From contig CAJAIA010000028.1 of NCBI GenBank assembly GCA_903939735.1, positions 48,978 through 112,977 on the forward strand: a stretch of 64,000 bases of DNA, in the 5' to 3' direction. Within the stretch, counting starts at the first letter, position 1, and the number at the start of each line of letters is the position of its first letter. Positions 30,304 through 40,533 of the stretch are shown here, in pieces. The position numbers and the translations under genes were made by a program. The DNA is from an uncultured Ignavibacteria bacterium (lineage in GTDB: Bacteria; Bacteroidota; Ignavibacteria; Kapaibacteriales; Kapaibacteriaceae). The notes beneath the pieces were generated by a model. That model saw only the letters and a list, made by a program, of their open reading frames with translations. It made no database searches and was not told where the DNA came from.

Positions 30304-31929
30304 GTGACCGACTACGACCTCAGACAAATCTGTTCGCGAAGCGGAGCAATCCTCTTCGCGATTCTTGTTTTTCACCAGGCATGTGTTGGTCAGGACATCG
30401 ACCACCGCTGTGGCTATTCAGATCGCTCAAGCACCGAACTACGCTCGAAGATCTCCGAGGGTGTGCAGCAGTTGCGGCCATCACTCCCCCGCTATGCCGA
30501 CGATGAGCAGGGTCGGTTCCGCGTACATTACACGATTGATGGCCCCGATGCCGTCCCAGTGCTCGATAACAACCTCGACGGCGTGCCAGACTACGTTGAG
30601 GCGTGCCTGGCGGCACTTGATCACGCGTGGCGCGTCGAAGTGGACACGCTCGGGTATCTACCCCCACCGAGCGACATGGGTGTCGGTGGAAGCAACGCAC
30701 TGGATGTCTATGTCCGCGATCTCTCGAAGGCTGGCCCTGGCGGCTCGAGTTACTACGGCCTAACCTCTCTGGATGTACGGCTACAGTCGACCCCCATCGA
30801 GACGTACACCACATGGCTTGAAGTAGATAACGACTTTTCTATGTCGGATCGGGACGCGAGTGGCAATGCATCATTTGCCACCTTTGGTGAAGACGCACTT
30901 CGCGTGACATGTGCGCACGAGTTCCACCACACGATTCAGAGTGGTCGCTACGGCGTGGCTGGTATGAACCGCAGCCTCTATGAGTTAACGTCCACATGGA
31001 TGGAGATTCGATGCTGGCCTAACATTCGCGACTGGGCGGCCTACACGACACGACTGCTTCTGACTCCAGAAGCGTGGCCATTTTCGAGCGAGTCTGCAAA
31101 CACAGGCTATGTCTGGGGTTGGTTTGGCAACGCTCTCTCGGCGGCCCATCCCAACATCCTTCGTACGATGTGGGAGCTGATTGCAACGGACATGCGTACG
31201 ACGGCAGCCCTGGTGGAAGCATGCAAGAGGCACAACGCAACATTGAGTGGCATCTTCTGTTCTTCGCTGCAGTGGCTCTATCGCACGGGATCGCGTGGAG
31301 CAGGCAACCCGTTGTTGCCTGCTGCAGAACTCCTGCCGGAGATTCGGTTCTTCTCGGATCAACCCGTCGTGGCTCCGACCGCAACGGAGATCGGACGACT
31401 TCTCGGATTCGAGGTACGGGCATTCCGCTTCTCTGTGCCGTCGTCCTCGTCACGTCCGCCTGTGAGCGTCGGCGTGGTCGTTTGCGATGCTGACGAAGTT
31501 GGATATGCCAATCAAGGGTCTGGACCTGATGGACGATATCGCATCGAACTCACGAATGCTCCGAGTGGCTCCGATATGCGCATCGACGGAACGCAATGGG
31601 GACTCCGTGTGGAGTCAGCGTACTGCTCGCATGTCGAGGGGGCACAGACGATTTCGCTGAGCGGACCCTATCCACAGCCGCTTTCATTGCAGCGCACGCG
31701 ACGCGTGTACATACCAGTAACGAACGAGCCGATTGGTACGCGCATCACACTTTCGCTGCTAACGCTCAGTGGCGCAGCGCTGCGTTCGTCGAACACGACA
31801 GTGATACTCGATGATGATCGCATCGTTGCAACCTTTGACCTCGAGGGCGAACTCCCTCCCGGCACGTATCTTGTCCGCAGTGAGTCGTCCACTTCGACCA
31901 CGCTTCACAAGGTGATTCTTCAACGATGA
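30304..31929 (+). CDS. Secreted zinc metallopeptidase (MXAN_6640-like) with T9SS-like C-terminal domain
   Basis: FRVHYT..G.DAV...D.N.DGVPDYV, TCAHEFHH, downstream YE.TSTWME; C-terminal PYPQP...LPPGTYLVR...KVIL. Confidence 0.75.
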   Translation: MTDYDLRQICSRSGAILFAILVFHQACVGQDIDHRCGYSDRSSTELRSKISEGVQQLRPSLPRYADDEQGRFRVHYTIDGPDAVPVLDNNLDGVPDYVEACLAALDHAWRVEVDTLGYLPPPSDMGVGGSNALDVYVRDLSKAGPGGSSYYGLTSLDVRLQSTPIETYTTWLEVDNDFSMSDRDASGNASFATFGEDALRVTCAHEFHHTIQSGRYGVAGMNRSLYELTSTWMEIRCWPNIRDWAAYTTRLLLTPEAWPFSSESANTGYVWGWFGNALSAAHPNILRTMWELIATDMRTTAALVEACKRHNATLSGIFCSSLQWLYRTGSRGAGNPLLPAAELLPEIRFFSDQPVVAPTATEIGRLLGFEVRAFRFSVPSSSSRPPVSVGVVVCDADEVGYANQGSGPDGRYRIELTNAPSGSDMRIDGTQWGLRVESAYCSHVEGAQTISLSGPYPQPLSLQRTRRVYIPVTNEPIGTRITLSLLTLSGAALRSSNTTVILDDDRIVATFDLEGELPPGTYLVRSESSTSTTLHKVILQR

Positions 31930-32546
31930 TGACGCTTGAACTCTCGTCTATCGCGAAAACCTACAACGGACGTCGTGTGCTGCACGACGTAAGCTTCTCG
32001 GCATCACCGGGTGATGTCGTAGGCATACTCGGTGCAAACGGAAGTGGAAAGTCCACACTCGTCAAGGTGATCGCAGGTGTTATCCGAGCCGACAGCGGAA
32101 CAGTTACATGCATACACGATGGCCGGGAACTTGACGCTCAAGCGCGACGCGCATCGTGTGGCTTTGTAGCGCCCTACTTGGCACTCTATGAAGAGTTCAC
32201 TCCGCATGAGCACCTGCAACTCCATGCGAACCTCCACGGCGCACCATGCACACCGGAGCACATTGCAGCCACATTGGCGTTGGTGCAGATCGACCATCGT
32301 GCACATGATCGCATCCATACCTTCTCCAGTGGCATGAAACAACGCGTTGCGTTGGCCTGCGCTGTGTTCCTTACACCACCTCTCTTACTCCTTGACGAAC
32401 CTGGCTCGACACTCGATGCCGCTGGTCGCGATGTTTGCGAAGCAATCGTGCGTGACCAAACACGTCGCGGTGGAATCACAATCTTGGCTACAAACGACGA
32501 TCGCGAGGCTCATCTATGTTCACGCACCTATCGCATTACCTCCTAG
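31926..32546 (+). CDS. ABC ATPase, CcmA-like
   Basis: GANGSGKST, FSSGMKQR, LLLLDEP; 206 aa; no permease adjacent. Confidence 0.8.
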   Translation: MMTLELSSIAKTYNGRRVLHDVSFSASPGDVVGILGANGSGKSTLVKVIAGVIRADSGTVTCIHDGRELDAQARRASCGFVAPYLALYEEFTPHEHLQLHANLHGAPCTPEHIAATLALVQIDHRAHDRIHTFSSGMKQRVALACAVFLTPPLLLLDEPGSTLDAAGRDVCEAIVRDQTRRGGITILATNDDREAHLCSRTYRITS

Positions 32547-33424
32547 CGGCAACAACCGCACTCGTACTTATTGGCGGCACAGGTTGCACCGATAGCGCAC
32601 GCGGAGATTCTACGAAAACATCAACACCCGAACCGCTGCCGATCAGCACGTGGAAACTTCCATCGACGCTAACCTTCTGCGGTGAGGCAGTTCCGCTAGA
32701 CATCCCTGAAGTCCGAGAACGCGCGGAGCGCGAATTCTATCTCAACCTCCAGACACCTGGCCAACTCATTCTCTACATCAAGCGCTCGGCGCGGTACTTT
32801 CCCGTCTTCGAGCGCGAGCTCACGTCTGCGGGCGCTCCCGAGGATCTGAAGTATCTCAGCGTTGCCGAAAGCGCGTTGTTCATGGCTCGATCCGCCAAAG
32901 ATGCTGTTGGCCTATGGCAGTTCATACCATCGACAGGTAGAGCACACGGCTTGGTGATCAACGACGATGTTGATGAGCGCCGCAATGTTGTGAAAAGCAC
33001 GCGAGCCGCTATTGCCTATCTCACGGCTGGCCGCACCGCAAACGGTTCCTGGGCCAACGCTGCAGCTGGATACAACATGGGGCACGAAAGTTTCCGCGGG
33101 TCAAGGGACTATCAGAAGGCCAAGGACTTCTATGAGCTCTACCTCAATGAGGAGACATCGCGATATCTATTGCGCATTGCAGTGATCAAACACATCATGG
33201 AACATGCAACCGAGTACGGCATCGTGATCCCCGAGCGTGATCGATATCAGGCGAGTGCGACACGCTCCATAACCGTACGCGAGGCGATCAGCGACATAGC
33301 AACATGGGCTCGGCAAAACAACAGCACCTATAAGGATGTCAAGTTGTTGAATCCATGGATTCTCGGGCGTAGCCTTCCAAACCCAACTGGTAGCAGCGGC
33401 TGGTCGATCGAGCTCCCTGCATAA
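32516..33424 (+). CDS. Lytic transglycosylase (SLT, MltD-like), probable lipoprotein
   Basis: YLSVAES, AVGLWQFIPSTG, VDERR, AAAGYNMG, ETSRY, LNPWI; GTG-C possible lipobox. Confidence 0.9.
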   Translation: MFTHLSHYLLAATTALVLIGGTGCTDSARGDSTKTSTPEPLPISTWKLPSTLTFCGEAVPLDIPEVRERAEREFYLNLQTPGQLILYIKRSARYFPVFERELTSAGAPEDLKYLSVAESALFMARSAKDAVGLWQFIPSTGRAHGLVINDDVDERRNVVKSTRAAIAYLTAGRTANGSWANAAAGYNMGHESFRGSRDYQKAKDFYELYLNEETSRYLLRIAVIKHIMEHATEYGIVIPERDRYQASATRSITVREAISDIATWARQNNSTYKDVKLLNPWILGRSLPNPTGSSGWSIELPA

Positions 33425-33462
33425 AACGAGCACGGGCCGAGTGCGTCTGCACTCGGCCCGTG
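33424..33462 (-). terminator. Hairpin terminator between convergent genes
   Basis: Perfect 14-bp stem cacgggccgagtgc/gcactcggcccgtg (33431-33462), with a T-run downstream on the minus strand. Confidence 0.8.
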
Positions 33463-33491
33463 GTAAAATTCGGTGTTAATCCGTAGGCTTC

Positions 33492-34295
33492 TTACTTCGC
33501 CTTCGGCTGTGTGCCTTGGAAGACTGGGCTTTGCGATTCCATCACGAAACCATAGGCCTTGAGGTCGAGCTCTGGATTCTCAGGATGCGTTGTCTTGACC
33601 TTCACACCACCTGAGTAGTTGCCCTTCGCTGCTGGAACGACCTTGACGACGACAGCAAGCTTTTCGCCTGGCTTCAGCGCAACACGTGATGCTTGATTAC
33701 ATACGAGTCCGCCATCAGTTGTCCAGTCAGAGAAGATGATCTCTTGATCCGAGTTGTTCGTGAGCTCCATCTTCGATGTTGCTTCTTGACCAAGCTTCAA
33801 ATCAGAGAATGAGAAGTACATCGATGGCGAGTACATGATCGCACGCTGCACATCGCACTTGAGCCAGATGTAACCAGCGCGGACAGCTGTATCTGCTCCA
33901 GTTGGCAATGGTGTGTTACTCGTCTTGTAGGCCTTGTAGGCATCGTTGCCCTCAAGATCTGCCCATGAGATGTTGATGTTCTTTGTCATCGGGCCAACAT
34001 TCGACGGGCTGATATTCAGCTTGACCTTCATCGTGCTGACCTCGCCTGGCTTGAGATCTGTCTTGTCTGGATCTGTCTTTGTGCAGCCACAGCCCGGACG
34101 GACTTCAGTGATGCGAAGCGGACGATCACCGACGTTCTTCATCTTGATCTCTGCTTCGAGGTGGCCTTCCTTCGGTGGCTTGACCTTACCCCAATCGTAG
34201 GTTTCCCCGCCAACAACTTCGAGTTTCGCTTGTGCCGACACAGCAACAGCGCTGAGCGCAAGTGCAGCAATTGCACAAAGTAGGTGCTTGAACAT
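33492..34295 (-). CDS. DUF1573-domain secreted protein (two Ig-like domains)
   Basis: YDWGKV, KNVGDRPLRITEVRPGCGCT, LKPGE; signal peptide VSA-Q. Confidence 0.85.
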   Translation of the reverse strand: MFKHLLCAIAALALSAVAVSAQAKLEVVGGETYDWGKVKPPKEGHLEAEIKMKNVGDRPLRITEVRPGCGCTKTDPDKTDLKPGEVSTMKVKLNISPSNVGPMTKNINISWADLEGNDAYKAYKTSNTPLPTGADTAVRAGYIWLKCDVQRAIMYSPSMYFSFSDLKLGQEATSKMELTNNSDQEIIFSDWTTDGGLVCNQASRVALKPGEKLAVVVKVVPAAKGNYSGGVKVKTTHPENPELDLKAYGFVMESQSPVFQGTQPKAK

Positions 34296-34350
34296 CGGTT
34301 CGTACTCCTTTGAAAAAATAACTGGTCGTAAAGTGCCTACGACGCAGGTG

Positions 34351-34358
34351 CAAATATA
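34351..34358 (-). promoter_or_regulatory. -7 promoter element TATATTTG (DUF1573 gene)
   Basis: TAnnTTTG match 55 nt upstream of the start. Confidence 0.6.
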
Positions 34359-34370
34359 CTATTGCGCGGC

Positions 34371-35138
34371 TTAGAGCCCCTTGAGAAGACGCATTCGAAG
34401 TCCAATCGCCCGCATGAACCAGTCGTCATTGGTCAACAGGCTACCAAGGGGCATTCCGAAACCAATCGACGGCTGGATGACCATGCCATAGGCTAGGGCG
34501 ATATCATACCCTATCTGCACAAATGGCTCGACGACAATGGGTGTCGTGTGGTCGAGGAAGGTCTGAGCAATCACGACTTCTCTCCCAGGGTTCTGTCCGC
34601 TGAACTCAGCACCTGTGGGTTCAACGATGCGTTCGCGTTGCGTGAGGGCGCCCCCTATCGATGCGTGGACTCGAGCTCCGATTGTCGCTAGGAGGTTCGT
34701 TGGTCCGAGCCGCATACTTACGGATCCGAAGCCTGTTGCATATGTCAGCGATCCGTCGAGGACGTACTCAGTCTGCAGGATCTGTCCATTACTGAGGGGC
34801 ACTGGCTGTGTTGGGGCAACGAACGATGCGTGAAACACGGAAACTCCGAGGCCAGCTGAGAGGTTGATCCTTGAGCTTAGCCACTGCGTGCCGACCAGCG
34901 AGAGGGACATCGGAAGTCCCGAACCGTTGTCGAAGGTGCAGCACGTAATGCCAATCGACTCCTCGATATAGTCAAAGCTCGCAGGATAGACGGCATACGA
35001 CAGTCCAGCTTCGAGACCGAGATACGTGCGTGGAATCTCATGGGGGGCTCGTGGTGATGCCTCCCACGTATATCCTTGCGCAGCGGCGTCACACACAATC
35101 GCAAGAAGCGCTACTACGATGAACACACAGTGCTTCAT
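34371..35138 (-). CDS. Putative outer-membrane beta-barrel protein
   Basis: Signal peptide AAA-Q; alternating amphipathic strands (YLGLEAGLSY, QIGYDI, IGLRMRL); ATGA-coupled to the upstream gene. Confidence 0.6.
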   Translation of the reverse strand: MKHCVFIVVALLAIVCDAAAQGYTWEASPRAPHEIPRTYLGLEAGLSYAVYPASFDYIEESIGITCCTFDNGSGLPMSLSLVGTQWLSSRINLSAGLGVSVFHASFVAPTQPVPLSNGQILQTEYVLDGSLTYATGFGSVSMRLGPTNLLATIGARVHASIGGALTQRERIVEPTGAEFSGQNPGREVVIAQTFLDHTTPIVVEPFVQIGYDIALAYGMVIQPSIGFGMPLGSLLTNDDWFMRAIGLRMRLLKGL

Positions 35139-37423
35139 CTGCCCACCACAAAGGGTACGACAATGTAGCGTTGCGACGACCACACAATAACAGAATAGGC
35201 TGCAGGTGGCAGGCTTTCCACGCCGATATCTACGGCATACGATCCCGGAGCTAGATTATCATCAACAATCACCATGCGCTCGCGACCAAACGCATCAACA
35301 CATACGGCTCGCACACGTTCGTGGCGAGGCACAAGCACGGTAAGCGTCCCACGATCAACAACGGGATTCGGGAACACACCGGCCATTGCCTGATTCCGCA
35401 TGATCGCTGTTTTATACGTGAGGCCACACAGCGAGTCAATACGGAACACACCCGACGCGGAGCGCACCGGAACAAGATCCGGACAATCGACGGTGCCAAA
35501 GGTTGTGGACAGCGAGGAAATCCCCAACGGCGAGTCAAGGCTTGCACCAAGCATCGCGCTAAAGACAAGTCGCGTAAACACTGGTCGTGCCTCGAATTGA
35601 TCAGGCGCAGTCCATGCCAAGCGCAAGCTATGTCCGTCTGAAGAGAGTCGTTCTGGCGCTCCGGCAATCTCCGTTGCTGTGCCAAGTGAGATCGCGCGTT
35701 CAAATCGAAGGACGGTTGTATCAACATCGATCGCAAGCGTACAGCGCTCGAAGGAACCAACAAGGGCGGGAGACACCGCGACATCAACCACAACATTGTC
35801 AAAGCCAGGTCGCGCCGCAATTGTGTCAGGCATACGCACGAGCATGGTGTCGCGCATGCGAAGCGCAGTTGCCTGAAATGGGACTCCGACGATGTTCTGT
35901 TGAAGCGCATTCGATACGATGTCGAGCGTGTCGAAGATGCTACCCTCCGATGTCGGACGATAGTCGAGCGTAACGAACGCTGACTGCTGCGGAGCTATCG
36001 TCAGAGCTTGCGGCGAGGCCGTCACAGCAAGCGATCCAGATCGCGAACGAATTGCCGTGATACGCAAATCGAGATCGCCTGTATTCGTGACACGCATACT
36101 GTCGCGCGTTGTCGACGTACATACCGGAGAGTAGGCAATTGTATCGAAGATGATTTCGGCCGGTTCAACAGTGATGCGGGCTCGACGTTGACGTCCGATC
36201 ATCACGAACGACATTACCTCTGCGCCAAACGGCACAGCTTTAATTGTCCCTCGCGAGAGAATATCGGTCGTGATGGCATAGCGCATTGCCGACTCCCCTG
36301 CTGCTGTCGGCGCATAGGTTACGACAATCGTATCACGAGCGCCTCGACGAAGTATCTGAGAGCCTTCTGCTACTGCGCGTCGAATCTGGAATGACGCTGT
36401 ATCAGAGGCGACCCCGCCGGGAAGTATCCGCTTCTGCTCGAGGAGAACGACGGGATCAAGATTGCCGACGTTCTCAACAATGATCATTGCCCGCACGGTG
36501 TCCTGCGCCGAGCCAACGGTTCCAAAATCAACAGTGTCGCCTGACCATCGCAAGCCAGAGGTCGCTTGCTCCGATTGTACATCAACGATGCGTAACCGCT
36601 GCTCTACACCGACACCGGAGATCTTGGTGTCGAGCGTAACCGGACCCGACGTTGTATCGAGTCGGTACTGCAGCGTGAACACCGCACTATCGTACCCAAG
36701 ATTGCGCGGCTGATAGTAGACGTCCCAAAACGCAGAGTCGAGACCACCAACAATGACGCTCGGCTTCACATCAACAGTAATCTCTGGGTCGCCAACAACT
36801 GTCGTCTTGATCTCGAGCGTTTGCTTCTCGATCGCAACACTTTCTGTTTGAAGGTTGCGCACACGGAATGTCTCTTGCAACCGCCTGTTAAGGTTCACAT
36901 AGACGGAATCGAATCGTATGATGGGCGTACCAGTAACCAAGTACTGGGTCGTACGCCGACCTCGCAGCCGAAACTGACGCTCTGCGAACGGCCCTGTTGG
37001 CTCGAATGATCGCACCACACGAATCCGCATCTGCGCTTCAACGGCACTGTCTAGTGTAATGGAAGGCTCAGCTCGTGCGAGATAGCGTAGGTCGACTCGT
37101 GCGACCTGCCCAGGAGCGACGACGATCGGGAATGTATTATCGACAACGAAGTTCTGATACCGTGGATCGTCACTCGGGATCCATGGAAGATTCGAGAACT
37201 CAACAAACGGAATATCATTTGTCAGGACGACAGCGGTATCTGTACCAAGATTGCGAATCGCGAGCGCGCGGCGCGTGTGATTCCCAACGAAGGTCACACC
37301 AAAATCAACAACAGAATCGGCGGCAGGACGCTCAGCAATGGTGATTTCCACTACTGGCTGTGCAAGCACTGGCATGCAAGCACATGCGACAAGAAGGACC
37401 AGCGTGGTGAAGCGGAACTTCAT
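35135..37423 (-). CDS. Multi-Ig (ASH/choice-of-anchor-like) plus cohesin-like protein with T9SS C-terminal domain
   Basis: Repeated DFG.V...I.N.G modules; cohesin-like D.TVLRF segment; C-terminal VFPNP...VDAFGR...LPPAAY.V. Confidence 0.7.
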   Translation of the reverse strand: MKFRFTTLVLLVACACMPVLAQPVVEITIAERPAADSVVDFGVTFVGNHTRRALAIRNLGTDTAVVLTNDIPFVEFSNLPWIPSDDPRYQNFVVDNTFPIVVAPGQVARVDLRYLARAEPSITLDSAVEAQMRIRVVRSFEPTGPFAERQFRLRGRRTTQYLVTGTPIIRFDSVYVNLNRRLQETFRVRNLQTESVAIEKQTLEIKTTVVGDPEITVDVKPSVIVGGLDSAFWDVYYQPRNLGYDSAVFTLQYRLDTTSGPVTLDTKISGVGVEQRLRIVDVQSEQATSGLRWSGDTVDFGTVGSAQDTVRAMIIVENVGNLDPVVLLEQKRILPGGVASDTASFQIRRAVAEGSQILRRGARDTIVVTYAPTAAGESAMRYAITTDILSRGTIKAVPFGAEVMSFVMIGRQRRARITVEPAEIIFDTIAYSPVCTSTTRDSMRVTNTGDLDLRITAIRSRSGSLAVTASPQALTIAPQQSAFVTLDYRPTSEGSIFDTLDIVSNALQQNIVGVPFQATALRMRDTMLVRMPDTIAARPGFDNVVVDVAVSPALVGSFERCTLAIDVDTTVLRFERAISLGTATEIAGAPERLSSDGHSLRLAWTAPDQFEARPVFTRLVFSAMLGASLDSPLGISSLSTTFGTVDCPDLVPVRSASGVFRIDSLCGLTYKTAIMRNQAMAGVFPNPVVDRGTLTVLVPRHERVRAVCVDAFGRERMVIVDDNLAPGSYAVDIGVESLPPAAYSVIVWSSQRYIVVPFVVGR

Positions 37424-37439
37424 GGTAAGGACGCTCGCC

Positions 37440-38873
37440 TTACCACCACGAACGGAACGTGGAGAGGAACGGCGATGCTACCAATCCGAGAATGATGCTT
37501 ACAGCAGTTGTCACGACAAGCGTGATTCCTGCCAGACCAGACGTGGCTGGCTCGCGCTCACCTGATGGCTCGGTGAAGTACATCTTGACGATCAGCCCGA
37601 GGTAGAAGTATGCACTAATGACCGACGACGCGACAGCGACAAACGTAAGCCATGTGTATCCTGTTTCAACTGCCGATACAAACAGGAGATACTTCCCAAA
37701 GAAACCAGCGAACGGCGGAATACCAGCGAGCGAAAGCATGAAAACAGCCATCGAGAATGCCAGCATTGGCTCACGCTTTGCGAGTCCGGCGTAGTCGTTG
37801 ATCTCCAACAGGGAGTCATTGCCGCGCTCAAGAATACCTACGATAACGAAGGCTCCGAGCTGCATAAACACGTACGACGTTACGTAGAATACGATGCCGC
37901 TATATCCATCGGCAGTATTCGATACGATGCCCATGAGCAAGTAACCTGCGTGCGCGATCGACGAGTATGCAAGCATGCGCTTGATGTTCGTCTGTACAAC
38001 GGCCGTGATATTGCCCACCAACATCGTGATTGCCGACACAACGGCAAGCATGAGTTGAAGCTTCGGTGTCAACGTGGACGTTCCAGGCATGAGCATGATA
38101 AACAACGCGATGAACGCGCTGAAGGCAGCTGCCTTACCTGCCGTGCTCATAAAGGCCGTCACGACCGTCGGCGAACCTTCGTAGACGTCAGGTGCCCATT
38201 GATGGAATGGGAACGCTGCAACCTTAAATGACATCGCAACTGCCATCAACACAGCGCCAATAGCGAAGAGCGTTGGGAAGTTTGTTGCGTTCTGCGCTAC
38301 CACACCACGAATGACATCGTACTGCAGCGAACCCGTCGCACCGTAGATCAGGGACATACCGTAGACGAGGAATCCCGATGCAAATGCACCGAGGAGGAAG
38401 TACTTCAAGGATGCTTCAACACTGCGAATATTCGAGCGCAGGAAGCCGGCCATCACATAGAATGTGATCGACATCAATTCGATACCAACAAACAGCACGA
38501 GGAGGTTGTTGGCATGTGCCATAAGCATCATTCCCGCCGTGGCGGAGACCAACAACGTATAGAACTCATCGAGCTCTGCACCCTCACGCTGGAGGTACGG
38601 GCGTGCAGCAAGCATCGTGAGGATCCCAGATGCGCAGAACAGAACGTCGAAGTAGTTCGCGACTCCTCCGAGCGTAATCATGTCCTGGAACGTCGTGCCC
38701 TTGTGGCCAGATGTTAGAACGGCCAGGGCTGCCGTGAGCAACAGTGTGCCCAGGTAGTACCCGAAGACCAGTCGCGTGTTGTTGCGTACGAAGGCCTGGA
38801 TCGTGATACCAATCGCACCGAGTCCGAGCCAGATTGCGATGAGAGGGAGCGAGCCAAAGTAGTCGATGTGCAT
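37440..38873 (-). CDS. nuoN: NADH-quinone oxidoreductase subunit N
   Basis: EASLKYFLLG, FKVAAFPFHQWAPDVYEGSPT, KRMLAYSSIAHAGY, SLAGIPP.AGF.GK. Confidence 0.97.
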   Translation of the reverse strand: MHIDYFGSLPLIAIWLGLGAIGITIQAFVRNNTRLVFGYYLGTLLLTAALAVLTSGHKGTTFQDMITLGGVANYFDVLFCASGILTMLAARPYLQREGAELDEFYTLLVSATAGMMLMAHANNLLVLFVGIELMSITFYVMAGFLRSNIRSVEASLKYFLLGAFASGFLVYGMSLIYGATGSLQYDVIRGVVAQNATNFPTLFAIGAVLMAVAMSFKVAAFPFHQWAPDVYEGSPTVVTAFMSTAGKAAAFSAFIALFIMLMPGTSTLTPKLQLMLAVVSAITMLVGNITAVVQTNIKRMLAYSSIAHAGYLLMGIVSNTADGYSGIVFYVTSYVFMQLGAFVIVGILERGNDSLLEINDYAGLAKREPMLAFSMAVFMLSLAGIPPFAGFFGKYLLFVSAVETGYTWLTFVAVASSVISAYFYLGLIVKMYFTEPSGEREPATSGLAGITLVVTTAVSIILGLVASPFLSTFRSWW

Positions 38874-38897
38874 GTCGTGTTTCCTACCGAACCGCGC

Positions 38898-40448
38898 TTA
38901 GCGTTGTTGCTGTGGAAGAGGCAGTACCGAAGAGACCTTGCCAGTATACGTGCCGACGCGTTCAACAACGGCCTTCACGCTTGATTCTGAGAAGTGCATG
39001 AAGTGGCGAGGAGCCACACCAATCCAGATGATGAACACAGCAAGTGGCACAAGCTGCCAATACTCGCTCGCTGTGAGGTCACGGAGATGCTTATTCTCTG
39101 GGTTGTCGTTTGTTCCGAACATTACGCGCTGGAACATCCACAGCAGATACACCGCTGCGAAGATCACACCGCTTGCGCTCACAATGGCATACATCGGGTT
39201 ATTGAGCACTGGGCTCGTATATGCGCCGAGCAGCGTGAGGAATTCACCGACGAATCCGTTGAGACCTGGAAGGCCTACCGATGCGAACATGGCAAGTGCG
39301 AAGAGCACGGCGAAGCGTGGCATAACGCTTGTGATTCCACCATAATCGGCGATTTCACGTGTGTGGCGGCGCTCATACAATGCACCAACGCACAAGAACA
39401 GCATGCCGGTCGAAAGGCCGTGATTAACCATCTGAATAACGGCACCTTGGATACCTTCGGTTGTCATCGAGAAGATGCCCAAAACAACGAAGCCCAAGTG
39501 GCTCACCGATGAATACGCAACGAGCTTCTTGATGTCGGTCTGGACCATGGCGACAAGCGCGCCATAAATGATACCGACTACGGCCAGTACCGAAATCGGC
39601 GTTGCGAATTCAACCGATGCCACTGGGAAGAGGTCGAGATTGAAACGAATCAGACCGTACGTTCCGAGCTTGAGGAGTACGCCCGCAAGGATAACGGATC
39701 CCGCTGTAGGCGCCTGCACGTGTGCATCGGGCAGCCATGTGTGCAATGGGAACAGTGGCACCTTGATCAGGAAGGACAGCGCGAAGGCCAGGAACAGCCA
39801 TGTCTGCACCTGAGGAGCAATCATTGGTGCGTGCTGACGGAGAACCGCGAGGTTGGCTGTAAAGCCATTGCCAGTCATCGCGCCTACCTCAAGGCCGAGC
39901 CAAATGATGGCAATCAGCATGAGCAGCGAGCCGACGAGCGTATACAGGAAGAACTTAATGGCTGCGTAGATACGATCCTTGCCGCCCCATATACCGATGA
40001 TGAAGTACATCGGGATGAGGATGAGTTCCCAGAACACGTAGAACAGGAATGTGTCCGTTGCCATGAAGACGCCGGTCATACCAAACTGCAGAAGCAGCAT
40101 AAGTACGTTGTATTCCTTGACGCTCTTCGTGACCGAGTTCCAGGATGTCAGGAACGCGATCGGCATGATCAGTGTCGTGAGCAGAACCAGGAGCAATGAC
40201 GTACCGTCGATACCCAGACGAAGTCCGGCATCGATAGACGTCAACCACGGCATATCAACGGTGAACTGCATTGCCGACGAACTAGCGTCGAATCCCGGGA
40301 CGAGGAGTGTCGACCCAAGGAATGTCAGCACCGAGAAGACCAAGGCGGTTGTCTTGATCGCCTTTCCTTGATCCCGATGGATAAAGAGCAGTGCCAACGA
40401 CCCCGCAAGGGGTGCAAATAATGTAGCGAGCAACGCGGCTGTGCCCAT
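38898..40448 (-). CDS. nuoM: NADH-quinone oxidoreductase subunit M
   Basis: FYVFWE..LIPMY, KFFLYT, KVPLFPLHTWLPDAH, KKLVAYSSVSH, GLPGLNGFVGEF. Confidence 0.97.
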   Translation of the reverse strand: MGTAALLATLFAPLAGSLALLFIHRDQGKAIKTTALVFSVLTFLGSTLLVPGFDASSSAMQFTVDMPWLTSIDAGLRLGIDGTSLLLVLLTTLIMPIAFLTSWNSVTKSVKEYNVLMLLLQFGMTGVFMATDTFLFYVFWELILIPMYFIIGIWGGKDRIYAAIKFFLYTLVGSLLMLIAIIWLGLEVGAMTGNGFTANLAVLRQHAPMIAPQVQTWLFLAFALSFLIKVPLFPLHTWLPDAHVQAPTAGSVILAGVLLKLGTYGLIRFNLDLFPVASVEFATPISVLAVVGIIYGALVAMVQTDIKKLVAYSSVSHLGFVVLGIFSMTTEGIQGAVIQMVNHGLSTGMLFLCVGALYERRHTREIADYGGITSVMPRFAVLFALAMFASVGLPGLNGFVGEFLTLLGAYTSPVLNNPMYAIVSASGVIFAAVYLLWMFQRVMFGTNDNPENKHLRDLTASEYWQLVPLAVFIIWIGVAPRHFMHFSESSVKAVVERVGTYTGKVSSVLPLPQQQR

Positions 40449-40533
40449 AGGCGTCCAGTTCCGTTCTTCGATGTTGACGATGCGAATAAAAAGCCCCGCA
40501 ATATAGCAAATTGGGCTCCCACGGACGGGTGAA

